Part shown: in pieces, positions 1 to 9,993 of the stretch
How positions within the stretch are numbered: the first letter of the stretch is position 1
Layout of the letters: every line of letters starts with the position of its first letter
The notes under the pieces: generated by a model
The model's input: the letters and a program-made list of their open reading frames with translations, nothing else
The model's database searches: none
Told to the model about the DNA's origin: nothing
Program-made: the position numbers and the translations under genes
Source of the DNA: a virus
DNA: 64,000 nt
Strand: one strand, 5' to 3'
Virus record (IMG/VR): IMGVR_UViG_3300036861_000995

Positions 1-307
1 AGCTCGCGCAGGCGCTGGGCGCACCGCGTGCGGGGAACGTAGATCAGGCGATGGATGGTGGTGGCCGTCGGGCAGCCGGCTCGCTGGAGGACGAGCGCCG
101 CCTTCCCGGTGAAGGTGGCGTATCGCACCGAGCCGTCGGCTCCCTCCGAGGCCGCTCGCGCCAGGGTCGACTTGCCCGTCCCGGCGTACCCGAAGAGGCG
201 AAACACCCCCGGCTCTCGAGACGCGCCGGGTCGCCAGGGGTCCGCGAGCCAGGCGCGAACCCGCTCGAGCGCCTCCGACTGCGACTGCGACCAGGCTACG
301 ACGGTCA
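1..307 (-). CDS. RecD-like / AAA_30 superfamily-I helicase N-terminal part; gene runs off the left edge (3' end truncated)
   Basis: Hand translation of minus strand gives Walker A FGYAGTGKSTLARA and downstream FTGKAALVL...ATTIHRLI (RecD/TraA-type motifs); TTG start overlapping TGA of upstream ORF at ~307; not in ORF track because truncated. Confidence 0.45.
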
Positions 308-504
308 AGTCTTGGTCCCCCGCTCGAGCGCTCGCGCCTCTGTCCTTGAGCTTCGGTACACCGTCCACGAGCCGTCGCGGCGCAGCAGGTGGGTCATCAC
401 CCCGCCATCCGAGCAGGGCGCCCACCAGATGGAGCCGTCGTCGGCGCGAGAGTTCCTGGCCCGAGCTCGCTCGAGAGCCTCGCGCGCTTCCTGCTCATCT
501 GCGG

Positions 505-657
505 TCACTTCCTCGAGCTCTCCTCGACTAGCTTCATCGCGAGATCGACGTCGTTCAGGGTTGCCGCGAGGAAGTGCAGCACCGCGCCGAGCGCGTTGAG
601 CGGCAGGCACATCGCGACCAGAAGCGCCGCGGCCAGAGTCCAGTAGACGATCTTCAT
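505..657 (-). CDS. small hydrophobic membrane protein (~50 aa, MKIVYWTLAAALLVAMCLPLNALGAVLHFLAA...)
   Basis: Internal ATG of track ORF 505..729; single strong TM helix; upstream part of track ORF looks like frame artefact. Confidence 0.3.
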   Translation of the reverse strand: MKIVYWTLAAALLVAMCLPLNALGAVLHFLAATLNDVDLAMKLVEESSRK

Positions 658-736
658 CGAGGAAAGAGGACCGACCCGTCCCCACAACTCTTGCCACCAC
701 GGAGTCACTCCGGAGGCGGGTCGGCCCATAGAATCA

Positions 737-1576
737 CTAGCTGAAGACCTCGTCGCGAGGCGACTCGGCCTCGGGCTCGACGATGCCCTGCTCCGCGGCC
801 TTCACCTTGCCGCTGGAGACGTCCTTGTAGTTCTCGAGCGCCACTCGGGCGAGCGGGTGGTCGGAGGGGATCTGACTCTCCCGCAGGCTCCCCGACATGG
901 GCGCGATGCGGTAGTTGAAGCTCTCGCCGTCGGGACGAGTCTCGAGCGCGGTCGTCAGGCGCAGGCGGTGGGAGAAGAGCGGCGGGATCTTGCCGTTCGG
1001 GCCCTTCATCGTGTAGCAGGGCGTGTAGATGCCCTTCTTGTACGCGGTGATCTTCGTCGAGGTGAAGGGGATGACGACGCCGCCGACGGGCGTCTCCCCG
1101 TCGTCGCTCAGCACCAGGGCGAACACGTAGTACGTCTCCACGATGTTCTCGCCCGTCGGGAGCAGAAGGTGCTTGGACAGCTTCTTCTTCGGGTCGTGGT
1201 TCCGGTCGAAGGCCTCCTGCGCCGTCTTGACGAGCGAGTCCTGCAGCTCCAGGGTCCCGCGGAAGCCGCCGCCGGCGTCCCGAGAGTTCCACTTCGTGTA
1301 GAGGTGCGTGACGAAGAGCGGCACGATCACGATGCCCTTCTGGCCGTCGAAGACCTGGCGCGTCTGGCTGTTCAGGATCATGCCGGCCTCGGCGCCGGGC
1401 ACGTACTTGGCATTCTGCTTCTTCACCTCCGGCGAGTTCGACTGGAGAAGGTTCAGGAACGGCAGCGAGAGGTCCTTCTCGCTCGTGTTCTCGAACCCGG
1501 CGCCGGAGAGCGCGTCGTAGTCGATGATCTGGAGGGCGCCCGGCTCGGGGGCGGGAATGAGGGAGTCGTTCGTCAT
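737..1576 (-). CDS. hypothetical phage protein, 279 aa; possible ssDNA-annealing/recombination protein (position between Gp157/Gam-like gene and helicases)
   Basis: Clean ORF with high GC3, lysine-containing non-Arg-rich composition; synteny only, no motif recognised. Confidence 0.5.
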   Translation of the reverse strand: MTNDSLIPAPEPGALQIIDYDALSGAGFENTSEKDLSLPFLNLLQSNSPEVKKQNAKYVPGAEAGMILNSQTRQVFDGQKGIVIVPLFVTHLYTKWNSRDAGGGFRGTLELQDSLVKTAQEAFDRNHDPKKKLSKHLLLPTGENIVETYYVFALVLSDDGETPVGGVVIPFTSTKITAYKKGIYTPCYTMKGPNGKIPPLFSHRLRLTTALETRPDGESFNYRIAPMSGSLRESQIPSDHPLARVALENYKDVSSGKVKAAEQGIVEPEAESPRDEVFS

Positions 1577-1597
1577 GGGTTCTCTCGTCCAGGGTCC

Positions 1598-2122
1598 TTA
1601 CTTGAACTTCGCCGCGCGGAACGCCCGCGCGCCGAAGAGTTCCAGGGGCGGGGAGGCGCCGTCGTTCAGCGCTCGGCGCAGGAACGCGGCCAGGGAGGTC
1701 GAGTTGACCTCCTCGACCCTCCGAACGCTTCCGGGGTGCGACAGCTCCAGGTGGTCCAGCAGCGCCCTCGCCCTCTCCTCCTGTCCCGCGGCGAAGTCCA
1801 CCTCCACCGTGTTCCGCACGAGTCCGCCCTGGCCATTCTCCCGCAGCCACTGGTGGGCCGCCCCGCGCTGGTGCACGGGCGGCTGCTTCACCTGGACCTC
1901 GTCGCGAACGACGACGGTCACGCCCCGCGAGTCCAGGCGCGTCAGGCCGACGGCGTCCATCGCCTCGGGCAGCCTTCGCTCGACCAGCTCTCTGTGCCTC
2001 TCCTTGGCGAGGCGGAGCTTCTCCTCGGCCGCCTCCACGGCGGCCTCGGCCTCGCGAGTCTCGTCCACTAGCTGCACGACATGGGCGAGCGTCATGGCGC
2101 CCGCCGGGAGGGGAGATTCCAT
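1598..2122 (-). CDS. Gp157-like / Mu Gam-like coiled-coil protein (174 aa)
   Basis: Size and N-terminal coiled coil (EEKLRLAKERHRELVERRL) typical of siphovirus Gp157 / Gam family; next to putative recombinase and SNF2 helicase. Confidence 0.4.
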   Translation of the reverse strand: MESPLPAGAMTLAHVVQLVDETREAEAAVEAAEEKLRLAKERHRELVERRLPEAMDAVGLTRLDSRGVTVVVRDEVQVKQPPVHQRGAAHQWLRENGQGGLVRNTVEVDFAAGQEERARALLDHLELSHPGSVRRVEEVNSTSLAAFLRRALNDGASPPLELFGARAFRAAKFK

Positions 2123-2179
2123 ATGCGTGATCCTATGCTACCTCCTGGATTTCGGGCTCGACCAGTGATTTCGGAGAAA

Positions 2180-3652
2180 TCAGAGGCCGAGCCACTCCCT
2201 CGCCTCGTCCCCCTGGACCTGCGCGGCGAGCTCGCGCTTTCGGGAGAGAGCTTCCAGGATGGACAGGTCGAGCGTCGGGATTTCGGGCGACAGCATGGCC
2301 ACAATGTCCACCACGGAGAGGCGGCAGTCCTGCCCGATGCGATGCGCCCGGTCCTCCGCCTGAATCCGCTGCGAGAGCTTGTACCCGGTGTTGTAGAAGA
2401 TCATGGTCTTCGCCTCGTTCAGGGTCAGGCCCGTGCCGCCCTTGGCGGGGTTCGACACGAAGAACTGGGCCCGCCCGGAGCGGAAGTGCTCGATTGCCTC
2501 GGCGCAGGCCTCCTCGTCGCAGCGGCCGTCGTAGCGTACCGCGCTGAGGCCGACCTCGCGCAGGGCCGCGAGGATCAGGTCGAGATCCTGGGTGAACTTC
2601 GCCCAGACGATCGCCTGGTGGGTCAGACCCTCGGCGAGCTCCATCAGGCAGCGAACCCGGGGGTTCGACTTGCCGAGAGGCATCATCACGCCGTCGAGGC
2701 CGTCGTCCGTCGGCAGGTAGCCGGAGGTCACCTGCTGCATCCGGAGCAGCCGGGTCACCACCAGTGGCGCTGTGACGAGTTCACCGCCGGAGAGGAGCGT
2801 CATGGCCTCCTCCCGCAGCTCCCTGTACGCCCGCCGCTGCTCGCTCGTGAGCTCGAAGTAGCGCCGCGAGTAGACCTTCGGCGGCAGCTCCGAGAGGACC
2901 TGGTCCTTGCGCACCCGGGAGCACCAGCGGGACACGACGTCGCGCATTACGTCGAGGTTCCGGTAGGCGAGGAGCTGGGGGTAGAAGCGCCCCGCCCCGG
3001 CCGACCAGCGCTGCTCCCACGAGCCGAACTGGGCCCGGAAGGCGGCGGCCGAGTCGCAGCCGACCGAGCGCCAGGCGCCCTCGTCCAGGATCTTGATCTG
3101 CGAGTAGACGTCGAACGGCTTGTCGGCCGCCAGGGTGGCGGTCAGGATGCGCCGGTAGGGCGCGTACCGACACATGGCGAGGACCCGCTTCGTGCGCTTC
3201 GCGTCCGGCGCCTTGACCATGTGGGACTCGTCCACGACCAGGAGGCACGGTCGCCCCTCGAGGAAGCGCCGAGCGACCTTGGCGCCCTGCTCGGTCATCA
3301 GGCCGTCGTAGGAGATCAGCAGGATCCCGAACCCCCGGTGGGCCGTCAGGCGCTGGGCCGCGAGCTCGTGCCCGCTCGTCCCGGCCCTCGAGGTCAGCCA
3401 CGTGTGGATCACCGTCCGCTCCAGCAGCTCGGGCGGCAGGTGCTTGGGGATCTCGTCCCCGGACCAGGCTCGGTGCACGCCGTTGGGCGCCACCACCAGG
3501 AGCCCGCCGATCGAGCCGTCGGCCTCCAGCCGGCGGGCGTTCTCCAGGGCCGCGAGCGTCTTGCCCGTGCCGGGGTCCCAGTTGTAGCCCCAGGCGGTCT
3601 TGCGCCAGTGGGATTCGAGTTCCTGAGCCTGAAACGGGAGGAGAGTCGTCAT
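2180..3652 (-). CDS. SNF2-family (SF2) helicase
   Basis: Motif I NWDPGTGKT, DESH box (LLVVDESHMVK), C-terminal helicase motifs (GGTGLTLNEA, QAEDRAHRIGQ). Confidence 0.85.
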   Translation of the reverse strand: MTTLLPFQAQELESHWRKTAWGYNWDPGTGKTLAALENARRLEADGSIGGLLVVAPNGVHRAWSGDEIPKHLPPELLERTVIHTWLTSRAGTSGHELAAQRLTAHRGFGILLISYDGLMTEQGAKVARRFLEGRPCLLVVDESHMVKAPDAKRTKRVLAMCRYAPYRRILTATLAADKPFDVYSQIKILDEGAWRSVGCDSAAAFRAQFGSWEQRWSAGAGRFYPQLLAYRNLDVMRDVVSRWCSRVRKDQVLSELPPKVYSRRYFELTSEQRRAYRELREEAMTLLSGGELVTAPLVVTRLLRMQQVTSGYLPTDDGLDGVMMPLGKSNPRVRCLMELAEGLTHQAIVWAKFTQDLDLILAALREVGLSAVRYDGRCDEEACAEAIEHFRSGRAQFFVSNPAKGGTGLTLNEAKTMIFYNTGYKLSQRIQAEDRAHRIGQDCRLSVVDIVAMLSPEIPTLDLSILEALSRKRELAAQVQGDEAREWLGL

Positions 3653-3743
3653 GGCAAGAGAAGCGAGGCTCCCGCCGGGCGGTTTTCTCGCTCGGCGGGG
3701 CCCCGGTCGCCCCTCCCCCTGGGCGATCTTCTATCCTAGACGA

Positions 3744-4049
3744 TCAGTCTCCAGGGCGCAGGAGGGCCCGCAGGCCCACCCAGAGGGCGCCGGCAGCCGC
3801 GGTCACGAGCAGGCCGATCAGGGCGGCCAGGGCCTTACCGCGCGCGCTTCGAGAGGCCTGGCGCACGTCCCGGAGCCAGGCCAAATCGCGCTGAACCTCC
3901 AGGGGATCGCTCTGGTCAACTCCGATCGAGGTCAGGGTCTCTCGCACCGCCTCGCGCACGAGCGCTCGGACCTCCTCCTCGCACATCAGGGGCGCCCTGG
4001 AGAGGCACTCCTCCACGATCTCCCGAACTTCGTCCCGACTCACCGCCAC
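3744..4049 (-). CDS. small C-terminally membrane-anchored protein (~101 aa) at end of tail operon
   Basis: GTG start after stop of 1119-aa gene; C-terminal TM (ALAALIGLLVTAAAGALWVGL). Confidence 0.35.
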   Translation of the reverse strand: MAVSRDEVREIVEECLSRAPLMCEEEVRALVREAVRETLTSIGVDQSDPLEVQRDLAWLRDVRQASRSARGKALAALIGLLVTAAAGALWVGLRALLRPGD

Positions 4050-4059
4050 GTCGCGCGCC

Positions 4060-7000
4060 TCATACGAACAGGATAGCGTACCCGTCCTGGCCCGCACCGG
4101 GTGCGTTCATGTCGAGCTGCTTCAGGGCCCCGGAGTCGCTGGACAGGTGCCGGACCTCGATCGTGTCGCTGATCGCGACCCCGTTGATCGTGCCGCTGGT
4201 GCCGCCGGCGGCGATCAGGGTCGTCCAGGCCCCGGCGTTGAGTCGGAACTCGACGTCACCGGCCGTGAAGGCCGACGAGAGGGTGAAGGAGTAGTTGCCG
4301 GCGACGGTCGCCGTGTAGAGGTTGGACACGTCGCTCGTGTCCAGGGCCCCGAGGTTGAACTGGCCGCTCAGGGCCGTGGTCACCGAGAAGTCGTGCCGAA
4401 GCTTCGAGCGAGAGTCGTAGGAGACGGACTCGTGAGAGTGGCGGGATGCGACCTCCAGCCGCAGCGTCGTGGGAATGACTCCGTCCGTGGCCTTGAGGAT
4501 CTCGATGCGCCTCACGTCCTTCTGGGTACCGGAGAACGTCGCGGTCGTGAAGAGGAGGGTGTTTGCGCCCGCCGGATCGTTCCGCACGTCGATCAGGTGC
4601 ACGGTGGTATTCGCCGCGGGGAAGTCGGAGAACAGGCTCGCCGCGTCGACCGTCAGGGCCTGCGCCTCGTCGAGCGTCCGGTAGTCCCGCCGGCGAACGT
4701 CGGACACGTCGATCGCGTAGCTCTCGGGCCCGCTGCCGTTCGCCTCCATCGAGGTCGACGAGGACCAGGCGGTCCCGTCCAGCGAGATCCTCGAGGGCGG
4801 GTAGGGCCGCCGGATCCGATTGTCCATCAGGAAGGAGGTCGCGGCGTCCGCCGTGTCCGCGAGCTGGTCGCTGCGGGAGAACGGCAGGAGCTTGACCTCG
4901 ACGTTGTTTCCGGCCGGCACGGGCGAGTCGGAGAGCCCGCCCGCGACGAAGAGCAGGTAGACCGGCGCCCCGGCCGAGTGGGCCTGCTGCACGGAGTCCA
5001 TGACCCCGCGGTAGACGCCGTTCAACTGGACGTTAGCGCCGCTCGTCTGGGCCGAGGTGACGAGCATGAACTCGCCGTCGACCAGGATCAGGTTGACCAG
5101 GTTCGTCCCGAGGTCGGAGGGGTCGGTCGAGTCGGTGAAGAGCGCCTCCAGCGAGTCGCGCAGGTCCGGCCCAGGCGCCATCGTCAGAGACGTCAGGGGA
5201 ACGGCGGAGCCGATCGGAACGGACGACGAGAGCCGACCTACCAGAAAGAGGCCGTACACCGTCGCGACCTCGGCGAACGAGCCGGAGGGCGAGCCGACGG
5301 CGTGGCGCTCCGCGATCTTGAACCCCACCTCGGGGCCGACTCGGCGCGCGCCAGCCCACACCTTGTCGAGGATCTGGCCGCCGGTGAACGGGTCGCGGCG
5401 CACGAAGGCGCGCGGCGCCTCGAACACGGATCGGTAGACGAACGGCGAGAGCACGTCCTGCGGCGGGGCCCAGTCGGTGGGGCCGGGGGGCGCGAAGGAA
5501 CCGGACGCGGTCTGGAACACGTCCTGGATCACGCTGAGCCGGATCCGACCGTCGGACAGCTCTCCGTAGTCGACATCCCCGACGCGCATCGGGAGCTTCA
5601 CGAAGCTCTCACCGCCGATCGCGTAGGTGAGGGCCACGACCTGACCGGGCTGCACGGAGTACGCCGTGCGGTTGGCGACGATGATCGCCTTGGCCAGCGG
5701 GTTCGACTGGGCCCTTAGGCCGCGCCAGGCGAGGTTGTTGGCCAGGGTCGCGTCCTTCACGCCCGGCATGTCGAACTCGACGGGGATGATCCGTCCCTGC
5801 AGGATCTGGATGTTGGCCCCGTCCTGCGCCAGCGCCGACGTCTCCTTGTACTCCTCGGCGCGGTCCACGAACTTCACGCTGACCTGGTTCGTGGTGTCCT
5901 CCCAGGCCCCGCGCGCGAAGGACTCGACCTCCACGATGTTCGCCGTCGTGAGCTGGGGCAGGGCGTTCACGTCGTAGCCGCCGCGAGCCAGGTTGCACTG
6001 CCACTTGCCGGCGAGCTGGTTGAAGAAGACTACCCCGTCGATCTGCTGCTCTATGAGGCGCTTGATCTCGATCGCCGGCGTGGGTCGATCGAGCACCATC
6101 GAGAATCCGTTGCCCTCCGAGGCCAGCGTCGTCGCCGCGGAGGTGAACGAGGACACGTCGATCGAGGAGGCGGACTGCTTCAGGCCCCACTCGACGTTCG
6201 TGAGCAGCTCGTACATCACGTTCATCGGGTTGGCGTCGGCCCCGGCGTTGACCGACGCCGTGCCGAGCCCTAGGCCGTTCGGGATGCGACGCAGCTCGAA
6301 CGCCCAGGGCGCGATGGAGGTGCTGTTGCCGAGATATAGGGCCTCGCCCGAGGGGACGAGGTAGCACGTCCGCCTGTAGGTCGGCGTGACTCCGCCGATC
6401 GACTGAAAGCCCGGAGAGGGCTCGAAGCTCAGGGTGAGGCCCGTGCCGACGCCGGTCAGGCTCGTCGTGGACGCGGGTGCCGTCGGGAAGACCGTGTACT
6501 CGCCGCCGTCGAGGAGCTGGACCGAGGTGACTACGCCGCTGCTGACGATCGCCACGCGAACCTGAGCCTTGCGAGTCGAGGTGCCGCCCTGGACCTCGAC
6601 GATCTCGTCCGCGACGTAGCCTGTGCCGCCGCTCGAGATTTCGGCGCTCGCCAGGGCATTGTCCGACAGGTACGAGGACGCGAGCTGAGTGTCGGTTCCG
6701 CCGAAGAACTGGAGAGTCCCGCCGATCCCGCCGCCGTCGGCCTGGGTGCGCTCCCCGCCGAAGAGCTCGGGGCACTCCACGTCGACGAGTCCCACGTGGG
6801 TTATAGGGCTACCGGACGAGGAGAAGGCCACGGTGGCGCCGGTCCCGCTGCCGCCGGTCGTCGCGGCGGGGCTCGAGGGCAGGGACTGGTAGTCCCCGCC
6901 GTTGACGATCCGGATGGTGAGCGGCCGGCCGCTGCTGTTCACCACCAGCACCTGGACTCTGGCGGGGGTGCCCGTGCCGCCGACGAGCGTCAGGAAGTCC

Positions 7001-7419
7001 CCCACCTTGTAGCCGCTACCCGCGACTCCCGGGAAAGCGTCCTTGATTCCCCCGGCCGTGAAGACCGCGACCTCGTTGATCCAGATAGTCCTGAGGTGGT
7101 CCACGGGTCCGCGGCACAGGGCGAACTGGACGCCGAGGAAGTAGCGGTAGCCGATGACCTGCTCCTCCTTGGAGAAGAGGCCCGTCTTGATCTCCTTGGT
7201 GATCGCCTCCTGGCGGAAGTCGCCGTACCAGACGACGTTCGGCCCGCGCATCTTGACCGTGCCCCAGATGAGGGGGATGACCCTGGACTCCGTCGCCGTC
7301 GGGAAGTCGAAGTCCCCCAGGGCGGCCGGCTTGGCGTCCTCGATCTTCGGCTTAGGCCGCAGGAGCTCCGCGGCCACGAACAAGATCACCTGGACGGCGA
7401 GCCACTCCCAGAATCCCAC
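4060..7419 (-). CDS. large tail fiber / host-specificity (gpJ-like central fiber) protein, 1119 aa
   Basis: Last and largest tail gene downstream of tape measure; hydrophobic N-terminus; two copies of the GGxY..P..P..TGGxGTGAT module also found in the 545-aa tail protein; Gly/Ser/Thr-rich beta composition. Confidence 0.6.
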   Translation of the reverse strand: MGFWEWLAVQVILFVAAELLRPKPKIEDAKPAALGDFDFPTATESRVIPLIWGTVKMRGPNVVWYGDFRQEAITKEIKTGLFSKEEQVIGYRYFLGVQFALCRGPVDHLRTIWINEVAVFTAGGIKDAFPGVAGSGYKVGDFLTLVGGTGTPARVQVLVVNSSGRPLTIRIVNGGDYQSLPSSPAATTGGSGTGATVAFSSSGSPITHVGLVDVECPELFGGERTQADGGGIGGTLQFFGGTDTQLASSYLSDNALASAEISSGGTGYVADEIVEVQGGTSTRKAQVRVAIVSSGVVTSVQLLDGGEYTVFPTAPASTTSLTGVGTGLTLSFEPSPGFQSIGGVTPTYRRTCYLVPSGEALYLGNSTSIAPWAFELRRIPNGLGLGTASVNAGADANPMNVMYELLTNVEWGLKQSASSIDVSSFTSAATTLASEGNGFSMVLDRPTPAIEIKRLIEQQIDGVVFFNQLAGKWQCNLARGGYDVNALPQLTTANIVEVESFARGAWEDTTNQVSVKFVDRAEEYKETSALAQDGANIQILQGRIIPVEFDMPGVKDATLANNLAWRGLRAQSNPLAKAIIVANRTAYSVQPGQVVALTYAIGGESFVKLPMRVGDVDYGELSDGRIRLSVIQDVFQTASGSFAPPGPTDWAPPQDVLSPFVYRSVFEAPRAFVRRDPFTGGQILDKVWAGARRVGPEVGFKIAERHAVGSPSGSFAEVATVYGLFLVGRLSSSVPIGSAVPLTSLTMAPGPDLRDSLEALFTDSTDPSDLGTNLVNLILVDGEFMLVTSAQTSGANVQLNGVYRGVMDSVQQAHSAGAPVYLLFVAGGLSDSPVPAGNNVEVKLLPFSRSDQLADTADAATSFLMDNRIRRPYPPSRISLDGTAWSSSTSMEANGSGPESYAIDVSDVRRRDYRTLDEAQALTVDAASLFSDFPAANTTVHLIDVRNDPAGANTLLFTTATFSGTQKDVRRIEILKATDGVIPTTLRLEVASRHSHESVSYDSRSKLRHDFSVTTALSGQFNLGALDTSDVSNLYTATVAGNYSFTLSSAFTAGDVEFRLNAGAWTTLIAAGGTSGTINGVAISDTIEVRHLSSDSGALKQLDMNAPGAGQDGYAILFV

Positions 7420-7420
7420 G

Positions 7421-8269
7421 TCAGCACGTCTCCGGATCGAGGCCCTGCGAGAAGATGTTGCGCGTCGGCACGAACGCGAAGCCCTGGAAGTCCACCACGC
7501 GGTCGAACTTGTCGGAGCAGGTCTGGATGGAGCGGTCGCAGCCCGCCCTCAGGATCACCTGCTGCCCGAGCATGGGGCTCGTGAAGGCCACGTGCAGCGT
7601 CAGCACGTCGCCGGACTGGGTGATTATCATCCGCGCGTCCAGGCCGCTGAGCAGCTCGACGCGACCTCCCGTGAACCAGTTGGCCCCGAACGCCCCCGCG
7701 CCGGGCACGGTGATGGTGAGCCCGGACTGAGCGGAGACGAGGCCGGTGAACTTGAACGCCGGATCCTCTGGGTTGACCGTGCAGAGCCCGCCCTGCGCCG
7801 CGTCGTATAGGACGTTGTTGCACAGGCTCCGATACGAGAAGCGTGGGATGATGCGCGAGAGGGCGGACAGCGCGGGGTCTACCGCGATCCGAGCAGTCCT
7901 GGCGTCCGAGGCTCCGGCGAACGCGATCGAGCGGACGAAGCCGTCGAAGATCGTGGCGAGCTCGAGGTCAGGGTCCCCCCGGTGGTAGCGCTGGATCACC
8001 AGTCGCGCGCGCTCGGGCGGGACTCCCGTGACGTACCGAGAGGGCAGCTCTCGGTCCGCGGGCATCTCCACCTCGAGCGTGGCGTTGCGCTCCTCCTGGC
8101 CCTGGCTCACCCGCCCGCGACGGATCGCGATCGCCTCGTAGTTGTTCCCGCCGACGACCTGGTCGTCCTCCGCCGACGTGAATCGGTAGGTGCTGAGCGA
8201 TAGCGTGAAGGTGTAGAGCTCTACCGGGCGCCCGGACTCCTGGGAGCCCTCCTGAGAGAGGAAGGTCAC
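7421..8269 (-). CDS. minor tail / baseplate-hub-like protein (~282 aa)
   Basis: GTG start overlapping TGA of upstream gene (GTGA); track ORF 7421..9232 has an Arg-rich artefactual N-terminus; conserved-looking C-terminus (CDRSIQTCSDKFDRVVDFQGFAFVP). Confidence 0.5.
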   Translation of the reverse strand: MTFLSQEGSQESGRPVELYTFTLSLSTYRFTSAEDDQVVGGNNYEAIAIRRGRVSQGQEERNATLEVEMPADRELPSRYVTGVPPERARLVIQRYHRGDPDLELATIFDGFVRSIAFAGASDARTARIAVDPALSALSRIIPRFSYRSLCNNVLYDAAQGGLCTVNPEDPAFKFTGLVSAQSGLTITVPGAGAFGANWFTGGRVELLSGLDARMIITQSGDVLTLHVAFTSPMLGQQVILRAGCDRSIQTCSDKFDRVVDFQGFAFVPTRNIFSQGLDPETC

Positions 8270-9993
8270 TCTAGTACCGTCCGAACAGGCGCGAGGATCC
8301 GCTTCGAGTGCCCGCTGCGCTCGTGGCGGATGACGATCTCGTCGGAGTCGAGTCGCACCTTCTCCACGAACGAGATCATGTCGACCTGAGCGGGCGTCAG
8401 CGTCGAGGGCCAGGCGGAGTCGACGGTGATCGTCTCCTGAATCGGAGTGTTGATCGTCGAGGACAGGATGGTCCTCAGGAACGGCGAGCCGGATCCGGCG
8501 ACCGGCACGACCCGGATCACGTTCTTGGGCTGGCGGCTGCGGACGAAGTTGGTGTAGCCGACGTTCTGGACCGCGAGGGTCGTCTGTCCGCTCGTCATGT
8601 TGGCGAGGGGCACGAGGTCCCGCGAGAACGTGGGCAGGAAGAACGAGAGGCGCCGGCCGCCGAGGAAGTGCAGGAGCTTCCTGACTCGGAACAGGTCCGC
8701 GCGGGTCTTGACCACGAACATCTTGAGAGATCCGCGCCGATGCCGGTCCCAGGGCGAGAACTCGGAGGTCAGGCCGGTCTCCCCGTCCACGACGATCATC
8801 CGCTGGGCAAGGTCCTCCGGAATTACGCCCTGGACGAAGTTGAAGTCGTCGAGCAGCACCTTCGAGGCGAAGGTCGGCCACGTCGAGGCGTCCCCGAGGT
8901 TCGCGTCGTTGTCCTTGATCCGGAACCGCAGCGAGAGGCGATCGAGGCCGGTGCGGTAGCGCTGGCCCCGGGGGTTGCCTACGAGGGCCCCGAGCCTGAG
9001 CGGCGCGGCGACGACGTCCGGGCCCGGAGAGTAGGAGTTCTGCGGCGGGTTCTGCACTACGAGGGTGGTGGCAGTGTGCGAGACGAGGTTCAGCACGTCG
9101 TACTTGGACGCGCTCTCGTAGAGGAGCACCAGCCCGCCGTTGCGGTAGTCGGCATTGTCGGTGGACAGCACCGAGAGCGTGGTCGTGGAGCCTCCCGTCA
9201 CGGACGCCGTTATGGGAGTGTCCTCGTGCCACTGGGGCACGCCGAAGGTTCGGGACTGCCAGTCGAATAGGACGTTCTCGAGCACCGAGCGTTCAAGGCC
9301 GTCGTCGACCAGCACGTCCCAGGCGAAGAGCTGGCGAGGGTTCTTGCGGAGTCCGACGCGCTGCTCCGTCCCGTCGAGGGCGGGCAGAACGTCAGTCAGC
9401 CACTGCAGCGTCTCCTCGAACTCCAGCTCCGGGCGCACGGCGAACAGCACTACGCGCTGGAGCGTGATCGGGATCTGAATCAGACCCGTCACCGTGAAGG
9501 TGTAGTCCAGGGTGCTGTCAACCATCGCAGGCCCCACCAGGTCCACCTGCACCGTGAGCGCCAGGCCCGCCATGGGCTGGAAGGCGACCGGCAAGGTCGG
9601 AAGGCCTACCAGCGTCACGCCCTGACCGGCGTTATTGTCGAAGGCCAGCCAGAACTGAGCGGAGGTTCGGAAGGCAGAGAAGACCTCGATCGCAACGTTC
9701 GTGACGGACAGCACGTTGCCGAGGTCGATGCGGCGCGGGATGACGTGAAAATGCTCGTAGAAGTCGAGTCCGGGCGTCGACGAGTCGCCCACGATTCCCT
9801 TGAATCCGACTCGATCCTCGGTCGGCTCCTGATGCGAGTCGGTCGCCCCGCCGGCGAGCGTGCCGTCCAGGACTAGCGGATCGTCGACGATCAGCTTCGG
9901 CGGCACGGTAGCGAGGGAGTACGCCGCTGCCGCGCGACCGAGGATCTCGGCGCGATCGACGGAGACGGACGAGACCAGTACGCCACTAGCCAT
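8266..9993 (-). CDS. tail protein (~575 aa)
   Basis: ATG (MASGVLVSS) 2 nt after stop of upstream 329-aa gene; in tail operon. Confidence 0.55.
   Translation of the reverse strand: MASGVLVSSVSVDRAEILGRAAAAYSLATVPPKLIVDDPLVLDGTLAGGATDSHQEPTEDRVGFKGIVGDSSTPGLDFYEHFHVIPRRIDLGNVLSVTNVAIEVFSAFRTSAQFWLAFDNNAGQGVTLVGLPTLPVAFQPMAGLALTVQVDLVGPAMVDSTLDYTFTVTGLIQIPITLQRVVLFAVRPELEFEETLQWLTDVLPALDGTEQRVGLRKNPRQLFAWDVLVDDGLERSVLENVLFDWQSRTFGVPQWHEDTPITASVTGGSTTTLSVLSTDNADYRNGGLVLLYESASKYDVLNLVSHTATTLVVQNPPQNSYSPGPDVVAAPLRLGALVGNPRGQRYRTGLDRLSLRFRIKDNDANLGDASTWPTFASKVLLDDFNFVQGVIPEDLAQRMIVVDGETGLTSEFSPWDRHRRGSLKMFVVKTRADLFRVRKLLHFLGGRRLSFFLPTFSRDLVPLANMTSGQTTLAVQNVGYTNFVRSRQPKNVIRVVPVAGSGSPFLRTILSSTINTPIQETITVDSAWPSTLTPAQVDMISFVEKVRLDSDEIVIRHERSGHSKRILAPVRTVLE

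Noticed and set aside
51-2071. Long plus-strand ORFs (51..599, 857..2071, 1524..2168 etc.) and many other Arg/Pro/Gly-rich ORFs throughout (e.g. 4147..5718, 5609..6775, 11229..12467, 16810..17667, 22552..23559, 33756..35063, 43920..45155)
   Set aside because: Typical alternative-frame artefacts of ~70% GC DNA (Arg/Ala/Pro/Gly-dominated, almost no Lys/Ile/Phe). They overlap well-supported genes on the other strand or frame.
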